In this document: one piece after another, positions 46,517 through 52,770 of the stretch
How the letters are laid out: every line of letters starts with the position of its first letter
How positions within the stretch are numbered: position 1 is the stretch's first letter
Assembly (NCBI GenBank): GCA_019662065.1
Contig: JAIFWC010000001.1
Coordinates: forward strand, 1-52,770
Source of the DNA: Candidatus Saccharimonadota bacterium
GTDB lineage: Bacteria; Patescibacteriota; Saccharimonadia; Saccharimonadales; UBA10212
DNA length: 52,770 bases
Direction: 5' to 3'
The notes under the pieces: generated by a model
What the model was told of the DNA's origin: nothing
The model's database searches: none
The model's input: only the letters and a program-made list of their open reading frames with translations
Made by a program: the position numbers and the translations under genes

Positions 46517-47464
46517 ATGAGCAAACTAATCCACACCCCAGCTCTGGCAGGAATTACCGACCACAACCCCACCAGCGCCACTTTTGCAATCGAACCATTG
46601 CATCCCGGCTACGGCATGACCCTGGGCAACAGCCTGAGGCGGGTATTACTTTCCAGTATCGCCGGGGCCGCTGTTACTGGCTTTAGAATTAACGGCATTA
46701 GCCACGAATTCACCACTGTTAAAGGTGTTAAGGAAGACGTGGTAGCGATTATGCTAAATCTTAAAAATATCCGTTTTAAGGTATTTAGCGATGAGCCCCA
46801 AACTATTACTTTGAACAAAAAGGGCAAAGGCGTAATCAAAGCTAAGGACTTGCAGCTGAATGCCGACACTGAAGTAGTTAACCCTGACCAGATCATCTGC
46901 ACAGTCGATGATGAGAAGGCGACTGTTAGTATTGAGCTGACGGTTGAAACCGGCCGTGGCTATCGCCCTCTAGATGAGCAGGGCAGTGGTCGCAAAGTCA
47001 GCGACATGATCATGCTCGACGCCCTATACACCCCTGTATTACGGGTACGCTATAAGGTAGAAAACACCCGCGTTGGCCAAATGACCGACTTAGACCGCCT
47101 GTTGATTACAGTTGATACCGACGGCTCAATTACACCGCGCGATGCTTTTGAAGAAGCCGCTGCAATCCTGGTTAACCAATACACCGCTTTGGCCGGCCAA
47201 ACCCGAGTAGAAGCCGCGCCGCAACTAAGCGCCGACGGCACTGGTGAGCTAATCGGCGGTGAGGGCGAAGAGCCAGCCGAGCTAATGACTTCTATCGAAG
47301 ATCTCAATCTTAGCGCTCGCACCACCAACGCATTGGTTAATAACGATATCCACACCATTAAGGACTTAATTTCGCTCTCAGAAGCCGAACTACGCGACTT
47401 GAAAGGCTTTGGCAACAAAGCGCTGGACGAAGTCAAAGAAAAAATGGCGGAGTTGGAGCTTTAA
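46517..47464 (+). CDS. rpoA: DNA-directed RNA polymerase subunit alpha
   Basis: 315 aa with GNSLRRVLLSSI and the C-terminal-domain motif LNLSARTTNAL. Confidence 0.96.
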   Translation: MSKLIHTPALAGITDHNPTSATFAIEPLHPGYGMTLGNSLRRVLLSSIAGAAVTGFRINGISHEFTTVKGVKEDVVAIMLNLKNIRFKVFSDEPQTITLNKKGKGVIKAKDLQLNADTEVVNPDQIICTVDDEKATVSIELTVETGRGYRPLDEQGSGRKVSDMIMLDALYTPVLRVRYKVENTRVGQMTDLDRLLITVDTDGSITPRDAFEEAAAILVNQYTALAGQTRVEAAPQLSADGTGELIGGEGEEPAELMTSIEDLNLSARTTNALVNNDIHTIKDLISLSEAELRDLKGFGNKALDEVKEKMAELEL

Positions 47465-47475
47465 GAGGTTAAATT

Positions 47476-47928
47476 ATGCATCGCCACGGATACAAAGGCA
47501 AGAAATTCGGTAGGCAGCGCGACCAGCGCCAAGCCCTGATTGTTGGCTTGGCCGAATCTTTGGTACTTCGTGAATCGATTGAAACAACCTTGCCTAAGGC
47601 CAAAGAAGTGCTGAGCTACACCGAAAAACTGATCAGTAAGGCCAAAAAGGGCGGGCTGCACAACCGCCGGCAAGTCATATCAGCCCTGTCGACCCTAGAA
47701 GCCGCCCATAAACTGATAGATGACATTGCTCCTAAACTTAAGGGCCGCAACAGTGGCCATTTGCGGATTGAGCGAACCGATTTACGGCGTGGTGATGCTG
47801 CCCAGATGGCCCGGATCAGCTTTGTAGATGATTTAAGCAAAGCCGTTAAGGCTGAACCAAAAGCTACGCCCAAACCAGCGGTTAAGCGAACCGGCAAGAC
47901 TACTAAAACAACTAAGGCGGCCAAGTAA
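47476..47928 (+). CDS. rplQ: 50S ribosomal protein L17 (basic C-terminal extension)
   Basis: MHRHGYKGKKFGRQRDQRQAL... Confidence 0.94.
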   Translation: MHRHGYKGKKFGRQRDQRQALIVGLAESLVLRESIETTLPKAKEVLSYTEKLISKAKKGGLHNRRQVISALSTLEAAHKLIDDIAPKLKGRNSGHLRIERTDLRRGDAAQMARISFVDDLSKAVKAEPKATPKPAVKRTGKTTKTTKAAK

Positions 47929-48368
47929 TGAAGACTTATTCACAAAAGCCAGCGGAAGTTGAGCGCGTTTGGTACGTGCTAGATGCCTCATCCGAATCAT
48001 TTGGCCGTGTGGCAACCAAAGCCGCCAGTTTGCTGCTAGGTAAAGGCAAACCCACTGTTACGCCCCACACCGATGGCGGTGACTTTGTAATTATTATCAA
48101 TGCCAGCCAGCTGCAATTTACTGGCGGTAAAGACCGCAAAAAGACCTACTACCGGCACAGCGGCTACCCTGGCGGCTTATATTCCAGAAGCCTGGACGAG
48201 CAGCACCAAAAAGACCCGGCCAGCATTTTGCACAAAGCCGTCCGTGGTATGCTGCCCGATAATAAACTACGACCGGGTCGGTTAGCCAGATTGAAAATTT
48301 ACGAGGGCAGCGAACATAACCACAGCGCCCAAAAACCAGTATTTCTTGAAACGAAAGGTAAGGCTTAA
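47928..48368 (+). CDS. rplM: 50S ribosomal protein L13
   Basis: W[YF]V[LI]DA-type start (RVWYVLDAS), KTYYRHSGYPGG. Confidence 0.96.
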   Translation: MKTYSQKPAEVERVWYVLDASSESFGRVATKAASLLLGKGKPTVTPHTDGGDFVIIINASQLQFTGGKDRKKTYYRHSGYPGGLYSRSLDEQHQKDPASILHKAVRGMLPDNKLRPGRLARLKIYEGSEHNHSAQKPVFLETKGKA

Positions 48369-48371
48369 ACT

Positions 48372-48773
48372 ATGGCAGACAGTAAGTATTTTTATGGTCT
48401 AGGGCGCCGCAAAAGTGCCACCGCCCGAGTTAGACTTCTAAGCGGCAAAGGCGAAGTTAAGATTAATGACAAGTCCTTAAGCGACTACCTAAGCGGCAGT
48501 AAGCATTTGCAAACTGAGCTGATGAAGCCGTTTCGTGCCTTGGAACTCGACCCCGAAAAGTATAATGTCAGCGCCCGGGTAGCCGGTGGCGGCCACAGCA
48601 GCCAAATCGACGCTGTTAGACTCGGCTTGGCCAAGGCTTTAGTAGAACTCAACGAAGACTTTAGGGGCACATTGCGCCGGGCCGAACTATTAGGCCGTGA
48701 CCCTCGCGAAAAAGAACGCAAGAAATTCGGCCTCAAAGGCGCCCGAAAGAAGAGGCAGTTTACTAAGCGTTAA
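48372..48773 (+). CDS. rpsI: 30S ribosomal protein S9
   Basis: GGGHSSQIDAVRLGLAKAL and a C-terminal KKRQFTKR. Confidence 0.96.
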   Translation: MADSKYFYGLGRRKSATARVRLLSGKGEVKINDKSLSDYLSGSKHLQTELMKPFRALELDPEKYNVSARVAGGGHSSQIDAVRLGLAKALVELNEDFRGTLRRAELLGRDPREKERKKFGLKGARKKRQFTKR

Positions 48774-48824
48774 TGTTATTAACCGCTCAGGAATGGGCAG
48801 TTTTTAAGTTATAATCGAAGGCAG

Positions 48825-49841
48825 ATGCAAAAGCAAGTAATCTTAACCGGGCTGCGGTCCAATAGTGAGTTCCATTTGGGGAATTATCTGGGGGCTATTT
48901 TGCCAATGGTGGAGATGCAAAAGCGGCACGCCGGCCAGTACCAGCTGAATATGTTCATTCCGGATTTGCACAGCTTTACGACGCCGATTGACCACGGCAA
49001 ACTCTACCAGCAAACACTCCAAAACCTCAAAGTCTTTGTAGCAGCCGGATTGGATATAGATCAGCCAGACACTTTTATTTATCGCCAAAGTTACATTCCA
49101 GCCCACTCTGAATTAACTTGGATTTTAGACTGCTTTGCCTATTTTGGCGAGCTGTCACGCATGACTGAGTTTAAGGATAAAGGTGGCAATAACGAAAATG
49201 TCAGCGTCGGCCTATTTAATTATCCGGTGTTGATGGCCGCAGACATATTGTTGTACGGCGCCAAATGGATTCCGGTAGGCGAAGACCAGCGCCAGCATGT
49301 TGAGTTCACCCGCGATTTGGCGATGCGGATCAACAACAAATTCGGCGATCTGTTTGTAGTGCCTGAGGACAATGCTAAACAGGCTGAGTTTGTCGGACGT
49401 AGTGAACCAGTACGGATTCGCTCACTCCGCAACCCCGAACGCAAAATGAGTAAGTCGGTTGACGATCCAGCCGGCACAATTATGCTAATCGATAACCCAG
49501 AAGAAGCTGCCAAAAAAATTATGTCAGCCACCACTGACAATTTAGAAAAGGTCGGGAATCCCGATTTTGAGTCACGACCCGGTGTGGCTAATTTAGTCCA
49601 GATACACAAGCTCCTTAGTCCCGACAGTCAAAACAATCTATCGGAGATGTCGTACAAAGACCTTAAGGACGTGGTTGCTAAAATAGTGGCAGATTTTTTA
49701 ACGAACTTTCAAACCAGGCTGGCTCAGGTAGATGAGCAACAATTGCTGACAAAGCTCGAAGCTGATGAACAAGCCACGAGTCGGATAGCTAACGAAACTC
49801 TGACCAAGGTCCAAAAAGCGGTAGGTTTACGGCCGTCTTAG
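48825..49841 (+). CDS. trpS: tryptophanyl-tRNA synthetase
   Basis: 338 aa with FHLGNYLG (HIGH-type) and RKMSKS. TATAAT at 48810-48815 lies 9 nt upstream. Confidence 0.92.
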   Translation: MQKQVILTGLRSNSEFHLGNYLGAILPMVEMQKRHAGQYQLNMFIPDLHSFTTPIDHGKLYQQTLQNLKVFVAAGLDIDQPDTFIYRQSYIPAHSELTWILDCFAYFGELSRMTEFKDKGGNNENVSVGLFNYPVLMAADILLYGAKWIPVGEDQRQHVEFTRDLAMRINNKFGDLFVVPEDNAKQAEFVGRSEPVRIRSLRNPERKMSKSVDDPAGTIMLIDNPEEAAKKIMSATTDNLEKVGNPDFESRPGVANLVQIHKLLSPDSQNNLSEMSYKDLKDVVAKIVADFLTNFQTRLAQVDEQQLLTKLEADEQATSRIANETLTKVQKAVGLRPS

Positions 49842-49857
49842 AAGTTAGAATAGAGCT

Positions 49858-50751
49858 ATGAGACAATTTAAGCCGGAGGCGACTGATTTTGGCTTGAGGG
49901 CCGATGTCTATTTAGCAAATCAGTACCCTGAGTTTAGCCGCTCATCGCTTGAGAAATTGTTTGAGGGCAGGGTAAGCGCCGGAGGCCAGCCAATTAAACC
50001 GTCATTTAAGGTTTCGGAGGCCACCAAGCTATCTGTAGATGACAGCCTACTATACAAAAAACCTCCCAGGATTAACCTGCCAATCATCTACGAAGATAAG
50101 GACGTGATTGTCATCGATAAGCCGGCTGGTGTATTAACCCATTCCAAAGGCGCCCTTAACACCGAGGCCACTGTGGCCAGCTTTATTGCTCCAAAATTGG
50201 CTAAAGAACTAAGCGGCAACCGAGCCGGCATAGTCCATCGGCTGGACCGCCAGACCAGTGGCGTGATAATTACTGCCAAAAATCCCGCCGCACTGAGCTG
50301 GTTGCAAAAGCAATTCTCGACCCGAAAGACCAAAAAGAATTATTTAGCTGTAGCAGAGGGGCAATTAGATCCACCCCAGGCCATAATTGATGCACCGATT
50401 GCCCGAAACCCTAAAAAACCCCAGACGTTCTATGTAAACTCTGCTGGCAAACCAGCCCAAACCCAGTATAAACTGATCAAAATACTTAACGAGTTAAGTA
50501 TTTCTAACGGGGCAAGCAAGTCAAGTAATTTTTTTTCCTTGGTTGAGCTAAAACCACTAACTGGCCGGACCCACCAGTTGAGGGTGCACTTAGCTTATAT
50601 AAACCACCCGGTGGTCGGCGACAGGGTCTATGGACACGAGGCAAAGCATATGCTGCTGCACGCCCAATCTTTAGAGTTGACACTACCGAACCGGGAAAGA
50701 CGGGTATTTGAAGCCAAAACACCTAAGTATTTCGAAGAGTTTATAGTTTAA
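49858..50751 (+). CDS. rluD: RluA-family 23S rRNA pseudouridine synthase (RluD-like, N-terminal S4 domain)
   Basis: HRLDRQTSGVIITAK (catalytic Asp) and GRTHQLRVHL are present. Confidence 0.85.
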   Translation: MRQFKPEATDFGLRADVYLANQYPEFSRSSLEKLFEGRVSAGGQPIKPSFKVSEATKLSVDDSLLYKKPPRINLPIIYEDKDVIVIDKPAGVLTHSKGALNTEATVASFIAPKLAKELSGNRAGIVHRLDRQTSGVIITAKNPAALSWLQKQFSTRKTKKNYLAVAEGQLDPPQAIIDAPIARNPKKPQTFYVNSAGKPAQTQYKLIKILNELSISNGASKSSNFFSLVELKPLTGRTHQLRVHLAYINHPVVGDRVYGHEAKHMLLHAQSLELTLPNRERRVFEAKTPKYFEEFIV

Positions 50752-50752
50752 G

Positions 50753-51643
50753 ATGAGTCGAGATTTTGATAATTTATTGCTACATAAAGTTACTCGGACT
50801 CAGCTGCAGGCTTTCGCTGACCAGCCAGCCAATTCCTTGCTAATAACCGGTGCGGTTGGCAGTGGTAAAAAAAACCTAGCCAAATACCTAGCAGCTAGTT
50901 TATTGGGGACCAGTGCTGAGAAATTAACAAACCATCCGTACTTTACTCTGATTGAAAAACCGGCCGATAAATCCGAAATATCGATCGATACCGTCCGTAA
51001 ACTGATAAAAAATATGGAGCTTAAAGCCCCGGCCTCAACCAATCTGATAAACCGAGTTGCTTTACTGCAAAATGCCCAATTTTTGAGTAGCGAGGCCCAA
51101 AACGCTCTACTCAAGCTACTGGAAGAACCACCAGCCGGCACTTTGCTGGTCTTGACGGCTGTATCTGAGGATGACTTACTACCGACAGTTGCATCCAGGA
51201 CCCAGAAGATTAAAGTAATCAATCCCAGCTTGCCCGAGAGCCTAAAATTCTTTAACCAATACAAAGCGCCGCAAATCGAGGCCGCCTGGTGGTTGAGCCA
51301 AGGCGGAGTAGGGCTTTTGGTTGCTCTGCTGGTTGAAGACAGCAACCACCCCCTAAAGCAAGCTGTCGACCAAGCCAAGCAATTTTTATCCCAATCACCA
51401 TATAAACGGTTGATATTCTTGCAGGCCGTATCGAAAGACAGGGCGGGTTTTAGCCTGTTTTTAGATGCCCTATCGAGAGTGCTAAGTGCCTTGCATGCCG
51501 AAAACCTAAGGAAAAATAACCAACCAATTGCTAAAAAGCTTCTGGAGTCGCGCCAAACTTTGGAAACCGCTATTAAGCGGTCCGAGGCCAACACCAACAC
51601 CCGGCTTTTATCCCTGGCACTGGGCCTCAATATCACCTTGTAA
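50753..51643 (+). CDS. holB: DNA polymerase III delta' subunit-like AAA+ clamp-loader protein
   Basis: 296 aa with ITGAVGSGKKNLAKYLA, ALLKLLEEPP and SRTQ (sensor-1 region). It starts 1 nt after the rluD stop. Confidence 0.75.
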   Translation: MSRDFDNLLLHKVTRTQLQAFADQPANSLLITGAVGSGKKNLAKYLAASLLGTSAEKLTNHPYFTLIEKPADKSEISIDTVRKLIKNMELKAPASTNLINRVALLQNAQFLSSEAQNALLKLLEEPPAGTLLVLTAVSEDDLLPTVASRTQKIKVINPSLPESLKFFNQYKAPQIEAAWWLSQGGVGLLVALLVEDSNHPLKQAVDQAKQFLSQSPYKRLIFLQAVSKDRAGFSLFLDALSRVLSALHAENLRKNNQPIAKKLLESRQTLETAIKRSEANTNTRLLSLALGLNITL

Positions 51644-51667
51644 CCGTTTTTGCTATAATTACCTCGT

Positions 51668-52321
51668 ATGTACGCCTTAGCGCTGCTTTTAATCTTTGGT
51701 TATTTAGTCTTTAGGCATAGCAAAAACAACGAACTGGAAATGGTTGTTATCCCGCGCCGGATTGGTGATCGGCTAACCCGCCTATGGGAAATTGCCCACC
51801 ATGGCATGCGCGAAAACCGCTTATTGCGAGCCGAGAAAGCCTTATTAACTATCCTCAAAATCGATGAAAAGAACGCCGCAGCCTACAATCGCCTAGGCAT
51901 TTTGTACGCCAAACAGAGGGAGTATAAGGATGCGATTGATTGCTTTGAGATCGCCAGCAGCATTGAGCCCAGTGCCTCGAGCTTACACAACCTAGGCCTG
52001 ATTTATTATGAGACCGAGAATTACCAAAAAGCTGCCACGGCTTTTGAGCAAGCCCTTCGCCTAGAGGATAACTTGGCGGCCCGCCACATTGCTTATGCCA
52101 AAGTCCAGGAGAAGCTTGGTAACGACAAGCTTATGCTGCAAGAGCTGGAAAAAGCCGCTGAGCTGGAGCCTAATAAAGAATCATTCTCGCTGCTCGCCAA
52201 AGCCTACGAAGTCCAAGGCATGACGGATGAGGCTGCAGCCGCTAACCGACACCTGGATAAACTGGCTCTGCCGGTTGGCAAGCCCAAGCGAGTGCTACGC
52301 CCCAAACGAGTTGTTATTTAA
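51668..52321 (+). CDS. membrane-anchored TPR-repeat protein
   Basis: It has an N-terminal TM helix (YALALLLIFGYLVF) and about 4 TPR units (AAYNRLGILYAKQREYKDAIDCFEIASSIEP...). Confidence 0.75.
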   Translation: MYALALLLIFGYLVFRHSKNNELEMVVIPRRIGDRLTRLWEIAHHGMRENRLLRAEKALLTILKIDEKNAAAYNRLGILYAKQREYKDAIDCFEIASSIEPSASSLHNLGLIYYETENYQKAATAFEQALRLEDNLAARHIAYAKVQEKLGNDKLMLQELEKAAELEPNKESFSLLAKAYEVQGMTDEAAAANRHLDKLALPVGKPKRVLRPKRVVI

Positions 52322-52330
52322 TACTAAAGT

Positions 52331-52600
52331 TTAATTATTAGGAAAAGTCTGAGGTTTAATCTCGGGTACTTCACGATGATGATCAATCATGAGCTGCCCT
52401 CTTAAGGGTTCTGTTACTGCATCAAAATATCCTCTGCCATAGGCGGCCCGCATAAAAGCTGCGATTGTTTCTAAATTCCAATCTTCAACCTCGTGGACTT
52501 TGGTCCACAAATCTATAAGTCGCGTATCTATATCTGACTCCAGCTCTTCAGTTTCCATAGATTGGAGCGGTCCACCTTTAAATTCTGGGTTACAATTCAT
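52331..52600 (-). CDS. orphan acidic 89-aa protein downstream of the tRNA pair
   Basis: MNCNPEFKGGPLQSMETEELESD... I recognise no family. TAATAT (52612-52607) lies 6 nt upstream of the ATG. Confidence 0.45.
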   Translation of the reverse strand: MNCNPEFKGGPLQSMETEELESDIDTRLIDLWTKVHEVEDWNLETIAAFMRAAYGRGYFDAVTEPLRGQLMIDHHREVPEIKPQTFPNN

Positions 52601-52631
52601 AAACCTATATTAATACATTTATTTTCAATTC

Positions 52632-52717
52632 TGGTGCAGGGAGAGGGATTTGAACCCCCGTAGGCTAATGCCGCCTGATTTACAGTCAGGTACGATTGAC
52701 CACTCCGTCATCCCTGC
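52632..52717 (-). tRNA. tRNA-Tyr (anticodon GUA), long variable arm, CCA encoded
   Basis: The reverse complement is GCAGGGATGACGGAGTGGTC...CTGACTGTAAATCAG...GGTTCAAATCCC...TCCCTGCACCA. Confidence 0.92.
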
Positions 52718-52728
52718 AGGTGCTGGCT

Positions 52729-52770
52729 TGGAGCCGACGGAGGGATTCGAACCCACGACCCGCTGTTTAC
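52729..52770 (-). tRNA. tRNA-Thr (anticodon NGU), 3' portion only; 5' part lies beyond the window
   Basis: The reverse complement is ...GTAA|ACAGC|GGGTC|GTGGGTTCGAATCCCTC|CGTCGGC|T|CCA. Anticodon positions 35-36 are GU and the discriminator is U. One T-stem U-U mismatch is present. Confidence 0.7.

Noticed and set aside
50800-51636. 278-aa minus-strand ORF covering almost all of holB. Similar long antisense ORFs occur at 38438..38836, 40280..40741, 18343..18858, 8115..8615, 36450..36758, 39211..39633 and 47050..47436.
   Set aside because: These are shadow ORFs opposite well-supported conserved genes. Their products are low-complexity (Ser/Leu/Arg/Ala-rich) with no motifs or start signals.
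1-52770. UGA-as-sense recoding (genetic code 25, as in some CPR lineages), CRISPR arrays, IS elements, integrases and prophage genes.
   Set aside because: All core proteins are full length under the standard code with no in-frame TGA. I found no spaced direct-repeat array and no transposase- or integrase-like ORF.

Overview
This is a gene-dense bacterial segment of roughly 50% GC by eye, read with the standard genetic code. It is almost entirely housekeeping and carries most of the transcription/translation super-cluster. In order: partial class A PBP (-), tyrS, a SAM methyltransferase, recG, rsmD, a small secreted protein (-), tRNA-Leu(UAG), gdh, two tandem paralogous membrane proteins (-), hisS, tig, an orphan ORF, clpP, rpoB-rpoC, rpsL-rpsG, two orphan ORFs, fusA, a ~5.3-kb lower-GC island (GDE-like hydrolase, GT4, GDE-like hydrolase, FabD-like acyltransferase), tuf, an orphan ORF, and rpsJ followed by a terminator. 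Next come a convergent class I glutamine amidotransferase (GATase) with a T16 tract and a small gene with foreign-looking codon usage. The cluster then resumes from a new promoter and structured leader: rplC-rplD-rplW-rplB-rpsS-rplV-rpsC-rplP-rpmC-rpsQ-rplN-rplX-rplE-rpsN-rpsH-rplF-rplR-rpsE-rplO-secY-infA-rpmJ-rpsM-rpsK, an orphan ORF, rpsD-rpoA-rplQ-rplM-rpsI, trpS, an RluD-like synthase, holB, a TPR protein, an orphan ORF (-), tRNA-Tyr (-) and a partial tRNA-Thr (-). The missing L30, the missing adk/map, the extended r-proteins and the compact gene packing suggest a CPR/Patescibacteria (Saccharibacteria-like) genome, but this is inference only. No CRISPR array, transposase, integrase or recognisable defence gene was seen. 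The most unusual signal is a set of unrecognisable small ORFs inserted with 0-2 nt junctions inside otherwise ultra-conserved ribosomal and translation-factor operons, most strikingly the pair between rpsG and fusA. Other notable points are a split S10 operon, a homopolymer-bearing GATase, a high-GC3 foreign mini-gene, the sugar/acyl island between fusA and tuf, and a pervasive leaderless-type promoter layout.
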